IMG/VR virus record: IMGVR_UViG_3300020380_000001
Span: 242,501 to 306,500 of that record
Strand: one strand, 5' to 3'
Length of the DNA stretch: 64,000 nucleotides
In this document: positions 17,329-26,040 of the stretch, piece after piece
Numbering within the stretch: position 1 is the stretch's first letter
How the letters are laid out: each line of letters begins with the position of its first letter
Translations under genes and position numbers: made by a program
Notes under the pieces: generated by a model
The model's database searches: none
The model's input: only the letters and a program-made list of their open reading frames with translations
Told to the model about the DNA's origin: nothing

Positions 17329-17442
17329 GACTTTACTTTCACGTCGTTGCTATCTTTATTTACGTAATTCAGTTACAGAATTGAGTATTTTTGTACAAAT
17401 TTAAAACTATATTTTCTAATATTATGTATTAGAATAACTTAT

Positions 17443-18246
17443 TCAACCGTAATTTAATCGTAACATGGCAAGCTCGGATTCACTAAGCTCAGTGTGTTGC
17501 GCAAATTCAAGGACATCTTTGCACCAGAGACCATTATAATGAAATTCAGCGATGTTATCGCCGCTAGCGGATTCAACTACTACTGCGGGGGCGTGCGTAT
17601 GATGCATTCTCCCAAAACGATGGTACACCAGGCTTTCTTTACAGTCTACTGTACCCAGTGAATTGACGTATATTGTGCCGCCGTATTGTACTAAAGAGGG
17701 GATGCCGTTGAAAGAATGCGGGCGCCAGCGAACAGACGAAGAACGATTCTTGTTATAAGGGTGCCTACTGTCCATCCCGTTTGTGTCGGCTATGAAAGTA
17801 GATAACCTTTCATAATAAACTTCAGGTTCACCCGGGGCAACATTAAAGACGCTATGTTCGATTTTTTTGAACTCGCTGCCCAGTTCGTCGGTGTATAATT
17901 CCACAGTAGCATTTTTGACAGGTCCTGCATATTCTTCAATTACGGCAGCTTTGCCGCCACCTCTTACAAATTTAGATCCGTCAAACCACGAGTGGGTGAC
18001 AATGCTGTATTCTTTTGACTGATTCGTGTACTTGGTAATAAACGCAGGTTCGTCGTTCTCTGACTTCACTTCGCCTGACTTGTCACGTATCCAGGTTTCT
18101 AGCACTATCTTTTCATTTATTTTCTGGGGCCTTTTTGCATCGTCGTCCATAAAAATGCTTGGTGCTATACCTAAAGTTTGAACAATGTGTTTGTTATCTG
18201 ATTTAGTATACTCACGTATACTGTAAGAGTAGTTATCCATACTCAT
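17443..18246 (-). CDS. hypothetical protein with a C-terminal G.lH....PAV motif
   Basis: 267 aa; YHRFGRMHHTHAPAVV...EFHYNG resembles a repeat unit common in large-virus proteins. Confidence 0.75.
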   Translation of the reverse strand: MSMDNYSYSIREYTKSDNKHIVQTLGIAPSIFMDDDAKRPQKINEKIVLETWIRDKSGEVKSENDEPAFITKYTNQSKEYSIVTHSWFDGSKFVRGGGKAAVIEEYAGPVKNATVELYTDELGSEFKKIEHSVFNVAPGEPEVYYERLSTFIADTNGMDSRHPYNKNRSSSVRWRPHSFNGIPSLVQYGGTIYVNSLGTVDCKESLVYHRFGRMHHTHAPAVVVESASGDNIAEFHYNGLWCKDVLEFAQHTELSESELAMLRLNYG

Positions 18247-18271
18247 ACCTGATGTGTAGCTTTTTGAGTCT

Positions 18272-18309
18272 ATTATACTGACGAACTACGTTTTCAGCAA
18301 GACTAAATA
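18272..18309. promoter_or_regulatory. back-to-back promoters: sigma70 (minus) and late CTAAATA (plus)
   Basis: Minus TTGCTG-17 nt-TATAAT (18272-18300); plus CTAAATA 18303-18309, 30 nt before ATG 18339. Confidence 0.65.
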
Positions 18310-18338
18310 TTATAAAATCCACAAACACGAGTCCGTCC

Positions 18339-19967
18339 ATGAAAGATATTGTATATTACTCAAAGTCGTTGTCTGCCTTAGAATCATTTAAAAAACAATG
18401 GCCCCATGCCATAATAGTAAACACGTCTGATATGGCGGAGGCAGTGCGAGTTTTAAAAAATACTTTTACTTCTGTAAGATACCTTATCGCGGAGGGTGAC
18501 GAAGACTTCCTACAGTACGTGCCTGCGGGCAGTGATGCTGACTTAATCCACACCTTTAATAACTCTCTTATCGTGCCTTGGCACACTGAAGTCACAAGCG
18601 ACTTTCATGGTTTCGGCATAGCTGTTTCAGCTAACATGAATCCAGAGTATGTCGAATTTGAAGGATTACAAAACATAACAGAGCCTGTTGATTACGTGCC
18701 GACCGATGCTATTACTGTGGTATACGGTACCGAGGAACGTTTTTATAGTGAGGATGTAATACACATACCATCGTTGGGCGAGGATGCATTGTGGCCATCA
18801 CTTGCCACTCAACCAAAGTCATGGATCCATTTTCAACATGTGTCGGTTGCTCAATCTGATACTACCTTGCGCAGTAAACTTGACCCCAACTCTATACACA
18901 GACGCGGGTCTAATTACTGCTTCACACTGCACAAGGACTTGATCGACACCAATCGTAAGTTTAAATTGGCACACTTAAAAGTTAAGGACCATCATGCGCC
19001 TAATACAGTAGTGAACCGAGCTTCGTGGCCTGTTTATCAAGATATCAATAAACTAGAAGCCAGCAATCACACCGAAGCACTCTTGGTGCCGCTCGGCTCT
19101 ACTGTCAACGACACTGCGTTAGAGTATGTACCGGAGATATACGAGCACGAAGCATCCGTCTTAATGAGGGAAACTGATTCACGTGGTTTTAGCATCGGCG
19201 GAGGCGGCGTCAAACTAGTCAACAAAGGCACTAATAAGTCAGTATACAGCAAAGCAATCGGCTCTTCCATTGCTGAGTTTGATATCATATTTTTATCAAA
19301 CAACGAGTCGTTCGCTGACGATCACTACGCTCAATTGAAAGAACGGTTCCCGCGTGCTAAACGAGTAAACGGCGTGAAGGGAATAGGCAAAGCACACCAG
19401 GTATGTGCTGAAGTCGCCAACACTGATATGTTCTGGGTAGTAGACGCCGACAGCGTGATTGTCCCTGATTTCAAGTTTGATTTCATTCCGCCCCGTAGCG
19501 CATGGCACAAGGTGTACGTTTTCAGGAGTAAGAACCCCGTTAACAATTTAATATACGGACACGGCGGTGTCAAGCTTTTTCCAAGGAACAGAGTACTGAG
19601 CGCGGATACTGATGTTGTAGACTTCACTACCAGTTTAGGCGACTTTAGCGCTGTCAGTGTACTAAGCAACATTAACGCATACGATAAAAGCGGCTGGCAT
19701 GTATGGCGTACCGCTGTACGAGAGGCGGCAAAGTTACAGGACCAAGTAAAGCACAATCCGGAAGACCTCGTATCGGCGCGTCGTCTAGAACAATGGTTAA
19801 CAGTAGGTGAAGGCAAGTACGGTAACATTTCATTAAAAGGCGCTCGTTTTGGCGCTGACCTATCACTAAATACGATTAGCATATCACCGATAAACAATGA
19901 CGAGTGGCTACGAGGATATTATGATGAGGTTCATGAATATGGAGATGACGTTTCCGAATTGGAGTGA
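18339..19967 (+). CDS. glycosyltransferase-like protein (GT-A fold, C-terminal domain)
   Basis: FDIIFLS..E..AD, RV.GVKGI..AH..CA, MFWVVDAD (DxD), N.L.YGHGGVKL, WRTA.RE..KL; N-terminal half looks like a degenerate repeat. Confidence 0.7.
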   Translation: MKDIVYYSKSLSALESFKKQWPHAIIVNTSDMAEAVRVLKNTFTSVRYLIAEGDEDFLQYVPAGSDADLIHTFNNSLIVPWHTEVTSDFHGFGIAVSANMNPEYVEFEGLQNITEPVDYVPTDAITVVYGTEERFYSEDVIHIPSLGEDALWPSLATQPKSWIHFQHVSVAQSDTTLRSKLDPNSIHRRGSNYCFTLHKDLIDTNRKFKLAHLKVKDHHAPNTVVNRASWPVYQDINKLEASNHTEALLVPLGSTVNDTALEYVPEIYEHEASVLMRETDSRGFSIGGGGVKLVNKGTNKSVYSKAIGSSIAEFDIIFLSNNESFADDHYAQLKERFPRAKRVNGVKGIGKAHQVCAEVANTDMFWVVDADSVIVPDFKFDFIPPRSAWHKVYVFRSKNPVNNLIYGHGGVKLFPRNRVLSADTDVVDFTTSLGDFSAVSVLSNINAYDKSGWHVWRTAVREAAKLQDQVKHNPEDLVSARRLEQWLTVGEGKYGNISLKGARFGADLSLNTISISPINNDEWLRGYYDEVHEYGDDVSELE

Positions 19968-20538
19968 CGTCGACATATACAACGCACAACACACAATGTC
20001 CACTAAACTAACAAATTTCTTGTCAAGCAATTTTACAGACTACGACAATATTTTAAACAACAAAGCAGGGCTTGCCACCATGTTTTGGATTTCCACTACC
20101 ATACGTGATATGGATATACTAAACGGCAAAAACATGATTATATGCGGCGATAAAGGCGTATTGGGTTCCCACTTGGCGAGTACTACCGAGCTTCGTAGAA
20201 TAGACACCGTCGGTCACGGGTTGTGTAGTGACTTACAACACTTAAACCGAGCTAACGTAATTGAAACACCGATTAACCACATCCACGATTACGGGGCTAG
20301 TGATTTTATTTTACACTGTTCATTTGACTCAATTGAAAACGCAGGCGACTGGTTTTCTGACACTACAAGGAAGCCGTTATTCGGTCTTGTCGCAACGCAC
20401 GCAAGTGAAGGATCAACGCAACCTATAAAATGTGCTGCTGACCTTATACGCTTGTCTGGTTTAAATACCGTATATTACAATGGCACTATACACTTTCCCG
20501 GTCAATCTAAGACAATGATAATAGGTAAATTCGAATGA
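19897..20538 (+). CDS. putative class I SAM-dependent methyltransferase-like protein (degenerate)
   Basis: NMIICGDKGVLGSHL...IDTV Rossmann-like pattern; DFILHCS; true start may be a downstream ATG. Confidence 0.4.
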   Translation: MTSGYEDIMMRFMNMEMTFPNWSDVDIYNAQHTMSTKLTNFLSSNFTDYDNILNNKAGLATMFWISTTIRDMDILNGKNMIICGDKGVLGSHLASTTELRRIDTVGHGLCSDLQHLNRANVIETPINHIHDYGASDFILHCSFDSIENAGDWFSDTTRKPLFGLVATHASEGSTQPIKCAADLIRLSGLNTVYYNGTIHFPGQSKTMIIGKFE

Positions 20539-20996
20539 CAGTAAATGTGGTAAAGATCAGTTTTGATGAAATCAAAGAGATCTGGTCAAATGAACTATGG
20601 CCGGGACGAACAGATGTAAATCCTTTCAGTACTATGTTGCCCTACGGAGGCAACGATATTGACATGGATAAGATTGCTAGTCCTATTTTTATTGCAATCA
20701 TGCATGATGACTTCTTGGCCGGGGTGAATAGCGTACATTATACAGGACACGGGATGGCTCGCAGTCGCGGGCTATACGTGCGCCCTGATTATAGAGGAAA
20801 AGGTTACGGAGTGGCCTTACTCAACGAAAGTAAAAAGACAGCAAGGGATGAATATAATGCAGAATACTTGTGGTCGTTACCGAAGAAGTCGGGTTGGAAA
20901 ACATATTCAGCCGCTGACTTTGTGAAGTACAGCGACTGGCTTTCGGGTTTTGAGTACGGCCCTAACGCATACGCCATGGCCAAACTATCTGATTGA
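20535..20996 (+). CDS. GNAT-family acetyltransferase
   Basis: Acetyl-CoA motif A: RGLYVRPDYRGKGYGVALL. Confidence 0.9.
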   Translation: MTVNVVKISFDEIKEIWSNELWPGRTDVNPFSTMLPYGGNDIDMDKIASPIFIAIMHDDFLAGVNSVHYTGHGMARSRGLYVRPDYRGKGYGVALLNESKKTARDEYNAEYLWSLPKKSGWKTYSAADFVKYSDWLSGFEYGPNAYAMAKLSD

Positions 20997-21290
20997 GGCC
21001 CATACCTTTTCTTCTATTTCGCTCGCCAAACGGAGAACGTGGTCAACGTCTATGACCACTTTCACCATCATTATATCATTCTTGCTTAACTTTTCGTTAA
21101 TCATTTCTAATAACGAAACACGCGCATCAGGTTCATAATCGACTTCAGTTACTTCCCCATTAACGTGTATTAAATCAATCCTGACAATGAACTTGAACGA
21201 TAGCTGTTTAATAGACAGACTAGATATGAGCTCACTCGCCTCGTATGGATCCGCTGTACAAAAGTCAGCCGCGGCGAGTACTATGTTCAT
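20985..21290 (-). CDS. hypothetical protein (101 aa)
   Basis: ATGA-coupled to the upstream gene. Confidence 0.7.
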   Translation of the reverse strand: MNIVLAAADFCTADPYEASELISSLSIKQLSFKFIVRIDLIHVNGEVTEVDYEPDARVSLLEMINEKLSKNDIMMVKVVIDVDHVLRLASEIEEKVWASIR

Positions 21291-21952
21291 CGAGTAGACG
21301 CTCGCTTGCCGCCTTTGCGCAAGTCAGGTTCAAGTTCATACGCACGCTTGCGAAGTTCTTTGCCTGCTTTTTCCAAGTCACGTGCCATTTCGATAATAAC
21401 ACGGGCATCGCTTTTGGCAGTGTATTGCTCAACCACAGTCGTTAGCTCAAACTCAGTACCGGTTGGTCCGGTTGTCGGCGCAGGAGTGTTTTCAGCTTGC
21501 GTCACGGATTCTTGAATGTTTTCTACTTTACCGGCTTGGGCTAGTTCGGCGACGGCTTCAGCTGCGCCAATATCGTCGCCGTGCATCTTTGCGTTGAGTT
21601 CACGCAAACCAATTGACTTGGTGTCGTTTAAGATCATCACAACGGTGTCTACAGGAACTTTTTTAATGTAGCCGTAGTCTTGTAGGGTTTTAAGCACATT
21701 ACCTTTGTTTGTACTGAAAACACAGTCACGAGAACCTAAATAAGTCGCAACGTCATTCGATTGTTGTCCGGCAGTACTGCGCACAAATGTCATCATTTCA
21801 GTGTCATACGGGGCAGTAAGAGACTCAAACGGACATACTAGCGCATGCTCGTTATCGTAGGTATTTGGTGTAAGCGGAACACGGTGCCACAGCACGACAT
21901 ACTTGGTGCCAGTATTCACGCATTTGGCTAAATGTTTTGTAATTGTTTGCAT
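21287..21952 (-). CDS. jumbo-phage hypothetical protein (start MQTITKHLAK)
   Basis: ORF 21287..22021; GGAG SD before ATG 21952. Confidence 0.8.
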   Translation of the reverse strand: MQTITKHLAKCVNTGTKYVVLWHRVPLTPNTYDNEHALVCPFESLTAPYDTEMMTFVRSTAGQQSNDVATYLGSRDCVFSTNKGNVLKTLQDYGYIKKVPVDTVVMILNDTKSIGLRELNAKMHGDDIGAAEAVAELAQAGKVENIQESVTQAENTPAPTTGPTGTEFELTTVVEQYTAKSDARVIIEMARDLEKAGKELRKRAYELEPDLRKGGKRASTR

Positions 21953-21953
21953 G

Positions 21954-22388
21954 TTATTCTCCGGTTTCTTCTTGTTCTTCTGGTTCTTGTTCCTTCGACT
22001 TTTCAGCGTTGGAACGATCAACTGACATTAACAAGCCTTTAAGCTTAGAAGCAACGACACCTATTTGTGCAAATTCTTCTAGCTGGAACGCACCCCTGTT
22101 CGCAGCCAAAGACAGCGCTTCAAGTAATATTCTTAAGTCAGCTACTGTTAACGAAGCTTGATGTTGACTAGCGGCTGCGGCTTGTGCAGGCGCGTCGTCG
22201 GATGTTTGCGTTTCTAGCGCGGCGGTTAAGTCGGCAATCATCGCTTTTATATCTTTAAGGCGGAGTTTCTCTGATCCGTTTACTGTGTACTGTCCACCTT
22301 TAAAAATTTCAATGCTAGGTTCTTCCCCGTGGGCTTGTTTGTAAAGCTCACTGAAATCAGCAATAATTTTATCAGATTGTTTTGACAT
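21954..22388 (-). CDS. phage hypothetical protein (LTVADL...RGAF..EE...IG motif)
   Basis: 144-aa ORF downstream of a TATAAATA late promoter. Confidence 0.8.
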   Translation of the reverse strand: MSKQSDKIIADFSELYKQAHGEEPSIEIFKGGQYTVNGSEKLRLKDIKAMIADLTAALETQTSDDAPAQAAAASQHQASLTVADLRILLEALSLAANRGAFQLEEFAQIGVVASKLKGLLMSVDRSNAEKSKEQEPEEQEETGE

Positions 22389-22427
22389 TTTGTATTTCTC
22401 ACTGTGAATATGTTTTGTTATATGTGT

Positions 22428-22435
22428 TATTTATA
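22428..22435 (-). promoter_or_regulatory. late promoter TATAAATA (exact T4 late consensus)
   Basis: TATTTATA on + strand, 40 nt upstream of ATG 22388. Confidence 0.7.
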
Positions 22436-22456
22436 CGGGGCGGTATTCAGGGCATG

Positions 22457-22480
22457 AAAAAGCCGCTCAAAAAGCGGCTT
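22457..22480 (-). terminator. intrinsic terminator after the vWA gene
   Basis: Minus strand AAGCCGCT-TTTTG-AGCGGCTT followed by TTT. Confidence 0.8.
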
Positions 22481-22490
22481 GCAAAAATGT

Positions 22491-22526
22491 GTAACATTTT
22501 AAAATGTTACTAGATCTTGTAACATT
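22491..22526. repeat. three alternating GTAACATT units, including a perfect 20-bp palindrome
   Basis: GTAACATTTTAAAATGTTAC (22491-22510) and AATGTTAC-8 nt-GTAACATT (22503-22526). Confidence 0.75.
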
Positions 22527-23970
22527 ACTTCTTAGTACTGTCGTACCACACTGTTTTACCAAACGGTGCTTCAATGCGATGCTCTGGATCATCACAGATC
22601 AACCATATAGTCTCACAGTACTTGGGATCGCCCCAGCTGCCGTACGGATAACCGTCAGTAGCAACAAGTAGGATTTTAGGAACTTCACGCTCACGCTTCA
22701 AATAATCGAAGATTGATGTAAAGCTAGTACCACCACAGCCCACAAACTCAACCTTTTCTACATCAGCGATGTTGTTACGAGTAAAGTGGAAAATATTACG
22801 CGAGTCAACTTCATCATCAAACGCAAACACTTTCAAGCTAATTTGACTAAACTGGGAAAGCATGCCTTTAACTTCTGATAGGAACTCGTTCAGGTTGCGT
22901 TGACTAATTGAGCCTGAGTTGTCAATCGCAATTACTACTTCAACCTCATCGTCATACTCTTGTCCGGGTAGTACAAATGTACCGCGCCCAAATTGACGTC
23001 TATTAGGGCGTGCGTATGTGTGCAAGTTGCGGATATAACCTTTTGTACGCGCCATAAAGTATTGTTTCCAATTCACTTGAGGCTTTCTCAAGTCACGCAC
23101 AAAACGACGCACGTTGCCAGGAATATTGCCTGCACCCTTGCCCTGTGTCATATCAGCGTTGTCGTGCGCCTGCTGTACAGCGCCCACGATCTCGCGTTGC
23201 AATTCTTGAATCTCAGCGCGAGTCAGCTTGTTGCCCTTGCCGTCACCTTCTTGATCACCGTCTTTGGAGTCGCCTGACTGGCTCTCTGCGTGATCGTCAA
23301 GTGTTGAACCGTATACTTCTCTGAGCAACTGTTCTAATTCTTCGCGTGAAATTTGCTGTGACCCTTCACCGCTGCCGTCACCGTCACCGTCTTCGTCACC
23401 GGTGTCGCCTTGCCCACCACCAGCGCCGGGTACTTTCAGTCCGCCACCTTGGCCTGATCCGGATTCATCAACATCAATGCCGTGCTCGTTCTTCAGTTCA
23501 TCTTTTAACAAGTCATAAACTTGCTCTGAAGTCATACCGCTATACTTAGGGTCATACAAGCCGGTTGTTACGCCGTTAATAGTAGGCAGCGCTGTACCAA
23601 AAATTGTTGAGTTGAGCTCAATCATCTCACCATTAATAACATAGTCAGTTGCCCAACCCCATAACGTAACATTACGATTACCCACACGAGCAATACCACC
23701 GTGCTCGTATACGTTATGCATGATTTCATGGCCAATAACAAACGTTACGCCTTTTTGGTCGTCAATTGACTCGGTCCACTTTTCGTTAAACTTAACCCAG
23801 CGGCCGTTTGTTGCCATTGTATGAATGCGCGGATGATCAGCAGGCACTTGAGAAAATGCTAAGCGGCTAACTAAAACACCGAAGAACGGCTCGCTCAACA
23901 TGATGTTTACTACGGCCTGCTTGACTCGAAACTTCGCGTCATGCTTGTCTTTACTAAACGGGTTTCTCAT
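22525..23970 (-). CDS. DUF2201-type metallopeptidase plus vWA domain protein
   Basis: TMATNG, HEIMH (HExxH), ATDYVIN, acidic G/D linker, MIDAS DNSGS, GGT.F, TDG. Confidence 0.9.
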   Translation of the reverse strand: MRNPFSKDKHDAKFRVKQAVVNIMLSEPFFGVLVSRLAFSQVPADHPRIHTMATNGRWVKFNEKWTESIDDQKGVTFVIGHEIMHNVYEHGGIARVGNRNVTLWGWATDYVINGEMIELNSTIFGTALPTINGVTTGLYDPKYSGMTSEQVYDLLKDELKNEHGIDVDESGSGQGGGLKVPGAGGGQGDTGDEDGDGDGSGEGSQQISREELEQLLREVYGSTLDDHAESQSGDSKDGDQEGDGKGNKLTRAEIQELQREIVGAVQQAHDNADMTQGKGAGNIPGNVRRFVRDLRKPQVNWKQYFMARTKGYIRNLHTYARPNRRQFGRGTFVLPGQEYDDEVEVVIAIDNSGSISQRNLNEFLSEVKGMLSQFSQISLKVFAFDDEVDSRNIFHFTRNNIADVEKVEFVGCGGTSFTSIFDYLKREREVPKILLVATDGYPYGSWGDPKYCETIWLICDDPEHRIEAPFGKTVWYDSTKK

Positions 23971-24064
23971 AATCTTAAACCTTATTTGTTATTAAGTACG
24001 TCGAATATAGCAAAGGTAACCAAAGTAGTAAACACCTTTGGTCACTTTTCTATACTTTTTTATT

Positions 24065-24358
24065 TTACTCGTCGTTTCCGCAATGGACGCAAACATATGA
24101 ACGGTGTGTTGGTTTTTTACAAGCTTTGCAGCGCGTAGTGGGAACGAAAGCGTCAACTAGGGTGCGCAGAAGCTCGTTTTCTTCGCGTAGCGACTTTAAT
24201 TCGTTATCCAAGTCGCTATTAGCTTTGTCGGGTTCAACTGCCGCTTGCGGCTCTTGCGGCGCTTGAAGATTTTCTAGCTCAGCGAGCTTGGTTTTCATCT
24301 TTTCAAGACACACGGCGGTTTCTGCGTTGAGCTCACGTAACTTTTTTAAGTATTCCAT
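24065..24358 (-). CDS. coiled-coil protein with C-terminal zinc ribbon
   Basis: Start MEYLKK; CKAC...CVHC. Confidence 0.7.
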   Translation of the reverse strand: MEYLKKLRELNAETAVCLEKMKTKLAELENLQAPQEPQAAVEPDKANSDLDNELKSLREENELLRTLVDAFVPTTRCKACKKPTHRSYVCVHCGNDE

Positions 24359-24359
24359 T

Positions 24360-24611
24360 TTATTTCTCGTCGGCAAATGTAATATAAAGCAACTTGTCAC
24401 CGCACCAAGAGTGGGCTGCGGCTTCTTCTAGCGCTGTGTTAGTTGTGCGGGTTACTAAGTCCGCAGGAATATCAAACGTAGCAAGCAGGGTTTCTGCGGC
24501 GCTGCGCCAGTTGCTTGTCGCTGCCATATCGAAAGTACACTTGAGTTTCGAAAAGCTATGCTCTAGAACTTCAACAGTAACAACGGGACGAGTAAATTTT
24601 TCAGTAACCAT
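24360..24611 (-). CDS. hypothetical protein (start MVTEKF)
   Basis: AAGGAG SD before ATG 24611. Confidence 0.65.
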   Translation of the reverse strand: MVTEKFTRPVVTVEVLEHSFSKLKCTFDMAATSNWRSAAETLLATFDIPADLVTRTTNTALEEAAAHSWCGDKLLYITFADEK

Positions 24612-24642
24612 AATACTATGCTCCTTAGTCAGCAGGGAGGCC

Positions 24643-25854
24643 TTATGCCTCCGCTCCTTTGTTTGCTTTTTTCTCTTCGAGTAGGAATCTGAACTTAGCT
24701 TCACGACGCATCAAGCTGTACACTGCGCTCTTTTTCCAAGCGTTAGGGTTACGACGTGCTAGTCCGCCGATTTTAAGCGCTGTACGGATGCTAACTTCAT
24801 CCAAGTCATGCATATAAACATTCAGGAAGTCAACGATTTCTTGCTTCATGTCGTCACTCAGTTCCAAACGGTTTTTCTCAAACAGTCCAGTACTCACTAA
24901 GCTTTTGATTCTGCGAATTTTATCTTCGACTGTACCGATTTCCAAATCATAGTACAAGCTTCTTGACTTAAGTGCATCCAAGTGAGGTTTAATACGCACA
25001 CTACGAACACGATCAAAGTCAAGGTTAGAGATAAATATCACACTACCGCAGAAGTCAAACTGTCGTGGAACCCCTTCTTCTTCAAGGATACGCGACTCAG
25101 CCATCCAGCTAATTGTGCGTTTATGGTCAGTATCAAGTGCCGCTTTTAAAATGTTTAAGCTAACGTCGTCATAAAACAAAGTATCACAGTCATCAAACAC
25201 CAATACTTGACCTTTGTCTCTGTACTGAAATAGCTCTTGATAAAGCGCTATCGGGGTTATTGTACCTTTAATAACGCGATATGTACGTTCTTCAGAACCA
25301 AACGGGTTAGTAGCTGTGTGGTCGCCTGACAGGAACATGCCGTTCGTGCATAAAAAGCGGTAGTAGTCTTTGGCTACTGCGTTCACTAAGTGACTTTTAC
25401 CGATACCAGCAGGGCCACTAATAATCATGCTTGACACGTCACCTTCACACACCGACCAAGCGATATCACGTAGTATATCAAAGCTTTGCTCAATGCGCTC
25501 AAGTGCTTCTTCTTCAGTCTCAGAATTACGGTACGCTAGTTCGTAGCTTGTGTCGTCACAAGCTTCACCAACCGCCTCAGCGATTGCTGTTTTCTGCGCT
25601 TGGGCTTTTTTAGCGTCTTTCATTGCTTTGCTTTGCAAAGTAATTGTTTCACCGTCGTATTCTTCTAAAAACTCAAAGTTTTCAACGTCGTCGGAAAAAA
25701 CACGCTTGCCTTTCTTCTGCATTGGAACAGGAACAGTAACGTAATATGAATTTTTAACAGGAAGGAAAGTTGCAGAATTAGAGGTAGTTTCTAAAACACC
25801 GTTTAGTTCAGAATCGCCAGTAGTAGTCCAGCCATCAACAATACGTACAAACAT
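24643..25854 (-). CDS. phage AAA+ ATPase
   Basis: Walker A ISGPAGIGKS, Walker B VLVFDDCD, LNILKAALD, IFISN, ALKSRS arginine finger. Confidence 0.88.
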   Translation of the reverse strand: MFVRIVDGWTTTGDSELNGVLETTSNSATFLPVKNSYYVTVPVPMQKKGKRVFSDDVENFEFLEEYDGETITLQSKAMKDAKKAQAQKTAIAEAVGEACDDTSYELAYRNSETEEEALERIEQSFDILRDIAWSVCEGDVSSMIISGPAGIGKSHLVNAVAKDYYRFLCTNGMFLSGDHTATNPFGSEERTYRVIKGTITPIALYQELFQYRDKGQVLVFDDCDTLFYDDVSLNILKAALDTDHKRTISWMAESRILEEEGVPRQFDFCGSVIFISNLDFDRVRSVRIKPHLDALKSRSLYYDLEIGTVEDKIRRIKSLVSTGLFEKNRLELSDDMKQEIVDFLNVYMHDLDEVSIRTALKIGGLARRNPNAWKKSAVYSLMRREAKFRFLLEEKKANKGAEA

Positions 25855-25911
25855 AATTTCACCTTTAAATTCTGCGCTACTGCCTAATTGCTGTAACGCG
25901 TCAATGTCATA

Positions 25912-25940
25912 ATAATAGATTATTAGGTGGATGGTTGCAA
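25912..25940 (-). promoter_or_regulatory. sigma70-like promoter
   Basis: TTGCAA-17 nt-TATTAT with AT-rich UP region. Confidence 0.6.
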
Positions 25941-25977
25941 GAAAAGATTAAAAGAAAATTGATTTTTTTCCAAACAT

Positions 25978-26005
25978 AAAAAAAGGCTGCAATTGATGCA
26001 GCCTT
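25978..26005 (-). terminator. intrinsic terminator after the MoxR-like ATPase
   Basis: Minus strand AAGGCTGCA-TCAAT-TGCAGCCTT followed by TTTTT. Confidence 0.8.
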
Positions 26006-26040
26006 CAAAGGGTAGGGCGTTGCCGCCCTTGTCAGAAATC

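Noticed and set aside
17414-17434. Inverted repeat TTCTAATA-5 nt-TATTAGAA
   Set aside because: Almost all A/T in an AT-rich gap; plausibly chance or a weak terminator
23370-23460. Repetitive CCGTCA / TCACCG tract
   Set aside because: Encodes the low-complexity GDGDGSG linker of the vWA protein; not a CRISPR array or independent repeat
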